Below, piece after piece: positions 43,923 to 54,392 of a stretch of DNA of 64,000 nt (position 1 is its first letter; each line of letters starts with the position of its first letter). The stretch covers positions 1-64,000 of the forward strand of contig MRSU01001328.1 of NCBI GenBank assembly GCA_008369845.1, written 5' to 3'. The DNA is from Trichomonas gallinae (taxonomy: Eukaryota). Position numbers and translations under genes: made by a program. The notes under the pieces are model-generated. The model saw only the letters and a list, made by a program, of their open reading frames with translations, searched no databases and had not been told where the DNA came from.

Positions 43923-44228
43923 TTATATTTTGATTGGATCTATGTGGATTGTAGCATCTGATTCTGGTTCTTTTACGAGTTCTTGGAATTGTTTTGCCTT
44001 ATTATCAATGCTATGCATATAACCATACTTATTCTGTATTTGAGTGACTTTTTGACTCAGTGTCTGATATTTCTGAAGAAGTTCAATGATTTCATTCGAT
44101 GGATAAAAATCTTTTAACAGAGAAGAAAGAGCTTTGAACCTTCCAGCAAGCTCCTTTTCTCTTTCCATAAGCGCGACACCCCTTTCTTCAAGTAGTTGCA
44201 CCCTGATTGCTAAATCTTCAGCTTGCAT
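43923..44228 (-). CDS. Small coiled-coil hypothetical protein
   Basis: 101-aa ORF with ATG just after an Inr-like TCATT. Confidence 0.65.
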   Translation of the reverse strand: MQAEDLAIRVQLLEERGVALMEREKELAGRFKALSSLLKDFYPSNEIIELLQKYQTLSQKVTQIQNKYGYMHSIDNKAKQFQELVKEPESDATIHIDPIKI

Positions 44229-44763
44229 CAATGAACGTGTTAAAATCTGGGGCTTAGAAAAAATATGAAGGGGTCATGACACAACAATTTTAAATTTACA
44301 TGTCAGATTTTTATTTTGTTATATTTTTGTTGTTTTCCTAGCAAAAGGATAATCACTTTGATGTTCAAGAGACATATCTGACAATGATACGTTCAACTAT
44401 AGCTAATATGAGCTTGTTTTGCTTAAATATTCAATATACATTTTCCATAAACTCGAAATGAAAAGGAAATTTTCTAAGCAACTCCTTTTATTTCTTAGTT
44501 CTATATGATTTGTATTGTTTTGTGCTTGAATGGACACTTTCTTAGAGATGTTTTAATTTGTTAAGCATAAAGAAGTCTGAAATCTTAGATTTAAAAGATA
44601 TTTTAGATCTGTTTGATTATTACCTATATGATGTGGCATCAAAACAAATAATTATTTTTTCAATTATTATAACTGTGAGAAATGCATATTATTGGAGTTA
44701 AATTGTGTTTTTCAAAACAATCCTAGTAAAATATGACTAATTCTAAATCATAATTATTAAAGA

Positions 44764-45159
44764 ATGATACAAGCAGGTCCTTATATTATCATTGGAGTAT
44801 TTGGATCAATTGCTTTAGCTCTTTACATTGCTGGCTGTGCAACAACTGGAGTTTGGTGGGCAATGTTCACTGTAATTCATGCTGCATTGGCATGTATATT
44901 TGCAATATCTTATATTACAAAATTTCATGATTCAACGTTCACACATGACTATGTATGCGAGGTTTTTACTATTGACTCGTTGCTTTTTTGTTTAGTTTTT
45001 AGTTTCTTATCAAGCATCGCGTTTGTTACTGTTCTTTGGCACTGTACAGTGATAAATTACGACTGTTTATGGTGTGTTCTTGGTGGTGACCTGGCTACTT
45101 TTATTGGTTTCGTTGCTTTTATTCATTATTACAAAAAGACTCGAATTGAATTCTATTAA
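44764..45159 (+). CDS. VPS55: Vps55/LEPROT family four-helix membrane protein
   Basis: 131 aa with four hydrophobic helices; LYIAGCA..GVWWAMF and LWH..I...L..VLGG pattern. Confidence 0.72.
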   Translation: MIQAGPYIIIGVFGSIALALYIAGCATTGVWWAMFTVIHAALACIFAISYITKFHDSTFTHDYVCEVFTIDSLLFCLVFSFLSSIAFVTVLWHCTVINYDCLWCVLGGDLATFIGFVAFIHYYKKTRIEFY

Positions 45160-45498
45160 CCATTAATATTCATTCTTAACGCCAAATGAATTACTCCACA
45201 ACGCTTTGAACACTTTTTTTCACATTATCCAATTTTTAATTTCGATATTGCAAAAAAATCACTTGTTTCTTTTCATGAAACAAACTAGTACTGAATTAGT
45301 ATAAAATAGCAGTCATTTTAGTTCTTAAGGATGCAATTATGAAAATTTCGATTTTCATTTTCTATCTATAGATATTCTAGATTTGATTGCATCTATAATA
45401 TTATAAAATTGTTGAATAAAAATATTTTCCAATTATAAATTATTTTAAATAACAAATAGATAAATAAAATAACAAACATTTTATCAATAATAACCAGG

Positions 45499-47565
45499 TC
45501 AGTTTTTGCTTTGTGGTGGGCAAGTTTTCATGAAATTGATTAATGATTTCATTGAGTTCTCGTCGACTGCGTCTTTAATGACACTGTCGAGTTCGCTGAT
45601 GCTATTCGCAGCACTGATGTTGTCGATCTTCCACATCTCAATGTAGAACTGGTGAATGACTTCCATGTAGCTAAAGTATTCTGCTGAGCAGTCCTCGTAC
45701 TTCCTCTCTATTTCTTGTGCCTCAGCCATCAGTCTTGCTGTCTCTTCATTGGCAGCGATGGAATTGGAAGCTACAGTTGCATTTCTCACTTCTTTCAGTG
45801 CCGCCAGTTTCATGTGGTCAGAGGCAGCCTTGTTGACTTCGAAGAATCTTGTTTCGATAGCAGCGAAAAACGCGTCGACGCAATTCTTGCCAAGATGCGT
45901 CTCGAAAGTAACAGACTGCTTCTGCTCGTTCATGGCTCCCAAAATATACGACCTTATCTGTATAACTAACGGCAAGAACAAGCTGCGTACTGTCAGTTTG
46001 TCGCCTGACAAAACAACAGATAAAGGCGCGCAAACGACGCCAGACGAAAAACTCGACACGACGTCTTCTTCCGGACTCGTCGGGAAGGTGTTGCTGACAA
46101 TGGAATGGAAGACAGCTGATGCACCTCCATGTGCGACTAACTCAACAACAGCAAGAGAGTCGTCCTTGAGATTCTCCAATGGATCTGACGGCAATTTCTT
46201 GAGCAAACCAAATGGTTTCAGCTGGAACTCTTTGGAAAACACTGAAGGGCTGCCTGAATAGTTCACGAAGGCCTGCAGATCACCTCCTTTGCCTGTTTCG
46301 TATGATATATCGAATGTTACACGCGTTGCGTTTTGATCCACGGGTGTAATTACGGCACAACTGTTTGGATGCTTGCGTTTCGCCATGAAAATCGTTGTCT
46401 GGCAGTCATTTCTCGATTTAACGTTAATCTGTATTGTTGCGCCAAGAGAAACTCGAGAAATCGGTTTTTCAGATTCGATAATCATGATAAAGCTTTGAGT
46501 GTGAATATCTCCACGCAATTCCATCTTTGTTTGAACTGAAGCAATCGAACGTTGATATGAATTGACTTTAGAGACGTTTTCAAGGCCTTTAATTTCATTT
46601 CTAAGATTTTCGAGTTCTTGTTCTGTAACTTTTGGTGCAATTGATGTAAGAAGTGATCTGTCGCGGCGTGGTTCAGCGGAAACGATTCCAAGATGTCCAG
46701 ATTGCGAAGAAACAATTGCAGACACTAAATTTCCAGAATAAATGTATCCAGCAACGACATTTGTAGCTGAGAATCCAACTGAAATGGAAGAAAGTATTCT
46801 TGGTGATTCTATTAAAGCTAATGAGATTAAACAAACGTTTCCATTTTCCATTGCAACGAATAACTCCGGGAAACCATCTTTATCGACATCAAACTCGCTC
46901 ATTGCTGTTGCTGGAGACTGTAATTCGATAGATGAAATTTCTTTATCGAATGAATCGTAAATTCTTAGTTTTTTATCTGATGTTCCTGCAACTAAGTATG
47001 CAGCTGTCTTTGTGTGTTGTATTGATGATATCATTGTAAGAGAACAAGGAAGTGTATGAAGAAGTTGTGATTGTCCTGGAACGAATGAATAAATACATCC
47101 TGAAGCAATACCAGCATATGAAACATTGTTTGCTACAGCGAATCCTATGATAGGAGAGTCGTAAACAATGGAAGATTCTGATACTCCAACTGTATAACTC
47201 ATTGTTCCTGAGGCAACATGGATTTTTGATCCATGCTCTATCATTGCTGTAACATGGTTATCGAATGGTATCTTTTCTGTTTTCAAATGATTGCCTTTTC
47301 TGTTGTATCTTGCAATACCTTTTAATTGAGAGACAATGACTGTATCTTCACTGGAAATAACGCATTCATTTGTGTTAGATATTACATTGGATTGATATCT
47401 TTGGTTTAAAACTGCTTTATCGAATCGATAATATTTTAAAATTCCGTCTGAGCCAATAAACACCCATTTTTGTGTATTATGACCTGCAAGTTTGAATGCG
47501 CAAAGGCCATTTCTGTTAATTGGTGCAACATGCAGCATCGGATAATAAGATAACGAAATCTCCAT
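45499..47565 (-). CDS. BBS7: BBSome subunit BBS7-like protein
   Basis: N-terminal TQKWVFIGSDG propeller start, central coiled coil, and C-terminal LAALKEV...LMAEAQEIERKY...FYIEMWK resembling BBS7; similar length. Confidence 0.7.
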   Translation of the reverse strand: MEISLSYYPMLHVAPINRNGLCAFKLAGHNTQKWVFIGSDGILKYYRFDKAVLNQRYQSNVISNTNECVISSEDTVIVSQLKGIARYNRKGNHLKTEKIPFDNHVTAMIEHGSKIHVASGTMSYTVGVSESSIVYDSPIIGFAVANNVSYAGIASGCIYSFVPGQSQLLHTLPCSLTMISSIQHTKTAAYLVAGTSDKKLRIYDSFDKEISSIELQSPATAMSEFDVDKDGFPELFVAMENGNVCLISLALIESPRILSSISVGFSATNVVAGYIYSGNLVSAIVSSQSGHLGIVSAEPRRDRSLLTSIAPKVTEQELENLRNEIKGLENVSKVNSYQRSIASVQTKMELRGDIHTQSFIMIIESEKPISRVSLGATIQINVKSRNDCQTTIFMAKRKHPNSCAVITPVDQNATRVTFDISYETGKGGDLQAFVNYSGSPSVFSKEFQLKPFGLLKKLPSDPLENLKDDSLAVVELVAHGGASAVFHSIVSNTFPTSPEEDVVSSFSSGVVCAPLSVVLSGDKLTVRSLFLPLVIQIRSYILGAMNEQKQSVTFETHLGKNCVDAFFAAIETRFFEVNKAASDHMKLAALKEVRNATVASNSIAANEETARLMAEAQEIERKYEDCSAEYFSYMEVIHQFYIEMWKIDNISAANSISELDSVIKDAVDENSMKSLINFMKTCPPQSKN

Positions 47566-47930
47566 TTTTTGTCAGTTTTTTAATTCTAAAAATTTTTCAT
47601 TTTCATCAAAATAAAGATATATTTAAATAGCTTATATGATATTTAATGGAATATACTTGGAAAAATCTAATAATTACTTGATTATTGAAATAAAATTTCA
47701 ACATTTTTGATTTTATCTATAAATATCGATTTAACTTCATTAGTTAATGATTTTTGTCAATTTAATTTTTGGTAAAACCTTTTTTTCAAAAGTGAAAAAT
47801 TGATTTTTTGAAGAAAAATGATAAAAATAATAGAACTAAATTGAATGAAAGATTTATTGCAAAAAATTCTTTCATCGAATTAATCTATTTAACATTAGCA
47901 ATGATTTATAAAAAATGATTTTTTTTATTC

Positions 47931-48290
47931 CGCCATGTAAATTTTATTTTAAGGAACTATTTTTGCCACGAAAAATTTGAAAAATATCAGTTAAATATAG
48001 TATGCATGTTATATTTATACGATGAAGAAATTTTGGCATTGAAATTTTCTGCCATGTAACTCGGATAAATCGCTGCCATGAAATATTCAATTTTTTACAA
48101 TCATTGACATAATCTAAATCAAAATTCTAAATATTTAAACACGATAATAAATCTATAATCTGTCATGTAAAGTAAATTAATTTTTGCCATGAAATATTCG
48201 ATTTCTATTATTTTTGACACAATATAAATCAGAATACAAAATTTTTAAGTTTTGTCAAAAATAAAAAACCTGACATGTAAGAAAAATCAA
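47931..48290. repeat. Degenerate tandem repeat, ~111-bp period (about 3 units)
   Basis: TGNCATGTAA at 48050, 48161 and 48271; TGCCAYGAAA at 47964, 48074 and 48185. Confidence 0.75.
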
Positions 48291-48334
48291 ATCACATAAA
48301 ATTTCTGTCGTGTCAGATTCATCACTTTTTTTAT

Positions 48335-48447
48335 GAAATGTGACGGTTTTCCGTTTCCCTCCAATCAGTAGCTTTATGACTGTTTTGCGGACGATTTGTC
48401 ATACAACTCTTTTTGATTGCCAAACCGCCTACCTCACAAATTTCTGA
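48335..48447. ncRNA. Candidate structured RNA or hairpin upstream of EF-1beta
   Basis: Nested complementary blocks: GAAAT-GTGA/TCAC-ATTTC, CGGTTT/AAACCG, CAATCA/TGATTG, TATGAC/GTCATA. Confidence 0.35.
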
Positions 48448-48483
48448 AGGCTCTCAAAATGAAACCAAGGCCACATTCCTATA

Positions 48484-48762
48484 ATGGCTGAGAAGGTCGG
48501 TAAGTCCACACTCGTTCTTGAAATTATGCCAGCTTCCGATGAGGTCAACCTCGACGACCTCGAGAAGAAGGTCCGTGAGATCAAGATGGACGGCCTCCTT
48601 TGGGGTGTTGCCCAGCGCAAGGAAGCTTGCTTCGGCCTTTTCGCTCTCCAGATCGGCGCCGTCGTTACAGATGATGTCGATGTCCAGGGTCTTGAGGACG
48701 AGCTCTCCTCCTGGGAGGACTGGATCTCATCTGAGAAGATCATCGCTTTCCAGAAGATCTAA
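48484..48762 (+). CDS. EF1B: Translation elongation factor 1-beta (guanine nucleotide exchange domain only)
   Basis: KSTLVLEIMP..VREIKMDGLLWG..FGLFALQI..VVTDD..AFQKI; strongly biased codon usage. Confidence 0.93.
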   Translation: MAEKVGKSTLVLEIMPASDEVNLDDLEKKVREIKMDGLLWGVAQRKEACFGLFALQIGAVVTDDVDVQGLEDELSSWEDWISSEKIIAFQKI

Positions 48763-49060
48763 ATAAAACATAATGAATACATATATTCATAATCTCATAA
48801 TCTTCTTATGTTTTTTCTTCTGTCTTTTACAAGTTTTTGACTTTGGACTAATATTTTCGCCGGAGACACAATCATTACGCATCCATCTACACCATTTTTG
48901 CTACCATAACTGATCCTATTTTTACCTTTGTACACTTTCATTTTAGTCAATTAGCAAATTTTTATATATTGATAACAGACGCATTATAGTTTTGATAATC
49001 AAAATATCTATAGTAGACCATAATATGTAAGTTTTTACTTATATTTAAGTCATTTTTCTA

Positions 49061-50422
49061 ATGCAAGTCGATGGACCTTTGAAAAATAAAACAAAAACTA
49101 AATTGGACTACGATAGTGTGTACGTGGAGTTTACAAATGACGAAAAATTCCTTCCTGACTACTTCAATTTCTGCTGCAATAAAATAATTAATTTAGACAT
49201 CGAACAAAACACTCAAGAATTCATTCATTTCATTCAAGAAACTATAAAGTCGCTGAATAAAAGTGAAATCAACTACAATATCGTTACAAAAGTCATTTCT
49301 TCGCTAAATGTTTTCGGATTTTTGATTTCACACATCAAAGAACAACTTCGTCCATATACAAAGCTTTTATCATACCTATTATTGCATATTATGAAGATTC
49401 CACCTGAATTTAGATATGATTTATTATCCGATGAATTGTTGCTTGATTTATTAGTATTATTGTCAACACCAACAAATGAAGATCATTTAAATTCATTGAT
49501 TTATATACTACAAGCTATTCAAAGAGCTTTGTGCTGCCCTTGTTTTTCAGATGAATGTGTTTCATATTCAATATCAACTTTGTGCGAGTTCTTCGATGTG
49601 AATATGAGTATACCACAGATTTTATGCGAAACACTGAATATTTATGCAGCAATTTGCGTTATACAAACAAATTATATCAACAATGAATATTTTCTATTAG
49701 TTTTGTCTAAATGCAGAGCTTGCTGTCATCTAAAAGAGACAAAAGATGGCGTGTATTACGCTTTAGCAAGTGTTTTGACTCAAAATCCAGAATTAGCAAA
49801 TTTAATTATAGAAAACCAAACACTTCCGATACTATTTTCGAACGAAGAGAAGCTCACTGATGCTTCTATTGCATTCCTTGATGTTGCATTTCAATGTGAT
49901 TCGAGTTTTGTTTCGAATTTTGCGCCAAACTTAAATTGGACTTTGATAACCAATGCAATATATGACAGACAGACAACAATAAGAATGGCACGCTTAATAA
50001 AGATAATTATCAAAAATAATCCAAATTGCATCACATTTCTTGAAACAACAGGAGTTTTTGCTGCTTTATCAAGCATGGCTAAGGAAAGTGATTTTAACAC
50101 GTCCAGCTTCTGTATGAACGCAATATCTAAAGCAGCTGACTATTTAACGCTTGACGCAATTTTAAGTATGGTTCAATCAGGTTTTGTAAGCTCTCTTGGC
50201 TCAGTTATGTCTTTATCTGATGCACCAGAGAAGTATCTGCCTCTTTTGGGGCGAATTCTTCATTTTGCAAACAGCGCTTTAGGTCCTGATGCAATAACAG
50301 TTATTAATGAATATGATGATGCTCAAATTGATGACATACTAGAAGAAACAGGCGAAAATATAGAACCAATCCAAGAAATGGCTCAAAATCTTAGAAATTA
50401 TTCATATCAACTTGAAAACTAA
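49061..50422 (+). CDS. ARM/HEAT-like hypothetical protein
   Basis: 453-aa helical ORF preceded by an Inr-like TCATT. Confidence 0.75.
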   Translation: MQVDGPLKNKTKTKLDYDSVYVEFTNDEKFLPDYFNFCCNKIINLDIEQNTQEFIHFIQETIKSLNKSEINYNIVTKVISSLNVFGFLISHIKEQLRPYTKLLSYLLLHIMKIPPEFRYDLLSDELLLDLLVLLSTPTNEDHLNSLIYILQAIQRALCCPCFSDECVSYSISTLCEFFDVNMSIPQILCETLNIYAAICVIQTNYINNEYFLLVLSKCRACCHLKETKDGVYYALASVLTQNPELANLIIENQTLPILFSNEEKLTDASIAFLDVAFQCDSSFVSNFAPNLNWTLITNAIYDRQTTIRMARLIKIIIKNNPNCITFLETTGVFAALSSMAKESDFNTSSFCMNAISKAADYLTLDAILSMVQSGFVSSLGSVMSLSDAPEKYLPLLGRILHFANSALGPDAITVINEYDDAQIDDILEETGENIEPIQEMAQNLRNYSYQLEN

Positions 50423-50668
50423 CATAATTGCTCAATATTACAAATCATCTAATCATATTAACATCAATAATAAATATATAGACGCCTCGACTCAAATAAT
50501 ATCTTTCCAAAATTATAATACTTTGCAGTTAGGTATTATTGGTAAATAGATACTTAATAGCAAAGTTTTATGAAGCATTTATATGATAGTTTTGGAGAAA
50601 GAAGTTATTTGTAAAATTCCTTATGTTTATTTAAAAAATTGATTATTTTTTGAGATAGAATTTTTATA

Positions 50669-52157
50669 CTAAGGTTTATCGGCTTGAGCCTCAGACTCAT
50701 ATGTTGTATAAGTAGTATAAGAGTAATAATAAGAGTCACTAGTATCAATTGAAACAGATTCATCGCTATTGTGAGCTGTTGTAGTTGGTTGAGGTGTCTG
50801 AGCCCTCCGGCGTCGATGCATTGCCGGTATTTGAATGTTATTAGTGTCAGCAGATATAGAATCTGCTTTGACAATAGATTTCGCTTTGTTTTCAGTATTA
50901 TCAGATTGAGTTGCATGTGTGAGTCCATCGTTAATTGAAGCTGTTTTAGATTCGACTTTATTTGCCTTTTGCTCTGAATAGTCAGTGTCGTAAGAGATAT
51001 CGTTCCTGAGGTCATAAGTGAAATACTTCTGGTTAGTCTTTTGCCGCTTGGATTTAATGGCGAACCAAATAATAACAAATACAACAGCAGCGGCAAGAAT
51101 TGACGTGGTAATGATAAGTATCCTCTTACTATTCTCCATGTAGTTATCAGCAACTGACGTTTCTCGAGTGGGCGAAGGCGTTGAGGGTAGTACTGTAACA
51201 CTATATTTAGCTTCACAAAGCCCTGTTGAATAATATGGGATTTTGTATGAATAAGAGAAATTAACAAGTGTATGCACTTGCACATACGGACCGGGATCGA
51301 TATCAAAGTTAGTTTCGAAGACTTGACAATTATTTGATGTGCTTGAATCAATGGGAATACCAAGTATATCGAATGAATTGCGAAGTATAACAAGACCACG
51401 TAATATTGTAGTGTTTTTGTAGTAAATTAATGGAATTGTTTCGGCGAAATTTTTCCTACATTTGTTATCCACGAAAACGTTACGGAAAAGAACAGTATTA
51501 TCAACACTTAGTAAGCACCCGGGCGTAGTAGGCTTAGAAGCAAGGGTAACCATTGTAACACGTGAAATTGGAAGATCCAATTCAGGGCAATTGAACGTTA
51601 AGAATATCTGGGATATATCTGATGCATTTACAGTGTCCAGTGTGAAGTTCGAAGACTGAACGTCGAGCTGTGTCCTTGTACTCATTCCATTCGGCGAATC
51701 AAGGAAACTACAGTCTGCAAACTTGGTGTAATAAGAACAGTATGGGTAAACGCGTGCATATATCAGCCCAGATTGTGTTTCAGCTGCTGCATTTATATTG
51801 CCGCTTTTATAAACACAATTTTTGAAGAATAAAACGTTTCCACATGCATCTAATTCAATAATGGATGCCATTAGTCCAGAATTAACTATGATATATGAGA
51901 AATAATTTTGAGTAATTTGAACATCACTTTCATAGCGAGTTTGCACGACAGTTTCGGACAAATTGGCAAACGTTGAAAGCTGAACTTGAATATTTTGCTG
52001 GAATATTGACGTGGAAAATGAATTCACTTTTCTCTGCGTAGTACGAGACATCTCAGGGCCACTGCCAAACAGAATGTCGAAGCTCGAAGTCTGCTCCATG
52101 TTAGTTGGCTTGTTCACCTGTTTGTCAATGTGGATACATAATAAGGAAAGACCACAT
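50669..52157 (-). CDS. Type I membrane surface protein; 5' end frameshifted (ATG 52157 out of frame, first in-frame ATG 52099)
   Basis: Transmembrane helix ILIITTSILAAAVVFVIIWFAI and a tail ending in SYYYSYTTYTTYESE. A signal-like N-terminus appears only if 1 nt is removed near 52145. Confidence 0.7.
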
Positions 52158-52884
52158 TACAACTGTCAATAACCTTATGTAAGATCCTCCTTTTTTCGAA
52201 AAACTCATTAAAAATCAGCTATTTTCGGTTACAATAATACGACCAAATTATTTTCATTTAATTGAATATGAAACGATTATTTTGTTTTAATTTTGACTTA
52301 TATTTTAATTTACATTATAATAATACGCTACATCTTATTTGTAAACTAATCAAATTTTGCGATAGTTAACAAAACATCTTCATTCAAATTTTTATCAAAA
52401 TATATAATGGCGATATTTTGGAATTATCAAGAAATTTCCGCGGAGGCCACCGATCATTTTCGATTCAAAAATTTTTGAATTTTATCATCCTTTTACTACT
52501 CATATATAGTTCAAAACTATTTACTAATATAAATTTTACTTGCTTGTTGATACAAAAGATTTAATTATCCAACATTTATAATCATATGGTTCGATTCATC
52601 TATTGCTTAATAATAGTTTTTTATAATTAATTTCAAATTATATTAATTCCTCACTGATTTTAGATATCAAATCATGTATTCTATTAATCCATGAGCTTGC
52701 TCTGCTGGTGAACCATCTTACATACATGTGTAGCATATTACAGGTTCAGCTATTAATGATTTTTCGCCATTTTTAAAATTATATATTATTTTATTAAGTT
52801 AAAAAGAGGCTTCACTTAATGAACATTAGCCGCAAAGATGTAGATGTCAAATAAAATTGTTTAATTTAACATTCCAAGATCAAT

Positions 52885-53871
52885 TTAGACCTTGACGCCA
52901 AGTTGTCTGCGAGCTTCATCAAGGACCTTCATTGTCTCAAGAGATGCGAAGTGTGTGTTGAGCTCGGACTCCTTTCTGCCAGAAAGAACAACATCAGCGA
53001 ATTCCTTAGCCTCAAAGACCATGTCATTCTCGTATTCGAGTGTACCGAGGATCTCAACATCACCCTTAGCTGAGACGAAGCGTGTCTGCTTCATTGTTGC
53101 CAACTGATCAATTTGGATTGTGCCTTTTTCGCCCATAATCTCACTGCAAAGGTGTGTCTGGCAGAGCTTGGAGCAGAGGATGACGGCTGTCATGTCTGGA
53201 TACTGGCAAAGAATTGATGCTTCACCATCGACACCTGTTGAAAGGAGAGAGCCCATTGCCTGGATACTCTTTGGAGCGCCAAACAATGTGATCATTGGAT
53301 AAACGCAGTAAACACCAAGATCCATGATAGATCCACCAGCTGTTTCAGCAGAAAGGGCGCTGAATTGCTCACCAGCCTGGAATCTTGTGAGCTTTGAAGA
53401 TAACTGGCAGAAGTTAGCGACAAACTTGTGAATTGGGCCAACCTTGTCGAGATTCTTCTTGACAGCCTGGAAAACTGGACTTGGTGTGAGTCTCATGGCT
53501 TCCATCAAGACGACATTGTTCTCCTTAGCCTTTTTGATCATATCTTCAGCCTGCTGAGCGTTAGCGGCGAGTGGTTTCTCGCAGATAACGTTGACCTTTT
53601 TCTCCAACGCCTTAACAGTGTTATCGTGGTGGGTGGAGTTTGGTGTACCAACGTACAAGCAGTTGATGAGTCCAGAATCGAGCATGGCGTCGAGATTGTC
53701 GAAAGCGTGCTCAATTCCATTCTTCTCAGCGAACTTCTTAGCGGACTCCATGGATCTTGAGCAGACGGCGACGAACTTGTAGCGGTCGTCATGACGAGCG
53801 GCGTCAATGAATCTCTCTGTAATCCAGCCTGTGCCGACAACACCTAAATTCATGTGCGTTTGTGAGGTCAT
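52885..53871 (-). CDS. Gfo/Idh/MocA family NAD(P)-dependent oxidoreductase, bacterial-like
   Basis: GVVGTGWI, YVGTPNSTH, VICEKP, GGSIMDLGVY. ATG at 53871, or alternatively 53853. Confidence 0.92.
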   Translation of the reverse strand: MTSQTHMNLGVVGTGWITERFIDAARHDDRYKFVAVCSRSMESAKKFAEKNGIEHAFDNLDAMLDSGLINCLYVGTPNSTHHDNTVKALEKKVNVICEKPLAANAQQAEDMIKKAKENNVVLMEAMRLTPSPVFQAVKKNLDKVGPIHKFVANFCQLSSKLTRFQAGEQFSALSAETAGGSIMDLGVYCVYPMITLFGAPKSIQAMGSLLSTGVDGEASILCQYPDMTAVILCSKLCQTHLCSEIMGEKGTIQIDQLATMKQTRFVSAKGDVEILGTLEYENDMVFEAKEFADVVLSGRKESELNTHFASLETMKVLDEARRQLGVKV

Positions 53872-54392
53872 CACGGGCTCATTCAAATTTTTTTGAAGGT
53901 AAAATGTTCGGCAGACTCACAAAAAATAAACAATAAAATTTTGACAAGTAAATAAAAAAATCACATGTTATCGTTAAAGCTAATCGCTATGAGTGCGGCT
54001 CTTTTGGTAACCAATGGATGCTAGATATTCGACGAAATGGATATGGCCAAAGAGGCCTTTTCAAAATCATCGACGACTTTTTATTCAAATCTGTTTCCGC
54101 TGAAACCACATAGTGTAGACGTAGTAGGTGCATGATGGTAAGCGGTTTTTAATCCAAAATCCCATCAACTTTTTTTTACAAAGATGCCGATAAAGAAATG
54201 ATTATATAAGTGAGTTTCTTTGAGCATGAATTACTCAGGCAGTATAGTAATGGGATGTAATAAATACTAAAGCATTTACTGTAGAAATGACCTAAATTTA
54301 TTTATATGACTTAAATTTTACATGTTTTTTACTTATTTGTCAGATTGATTTTACATGTCATGTTTCCGGTTTATTTGTCAAATTAAATTTAC

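Noticed and set aside
50605..51399. 264-aa same-strand overlapping ORF
   Set aside because: Alternative frame of the membrane protein with no recognisable motifs.
52090..52137. Possible intron (GTAT...AAACAG or ...ACTAACATGGAGCAG) on the minus strand
   Set aside because: Does not match the trichomonad ACTAACACACAG consensus, and none of the tested splices restores the frame.
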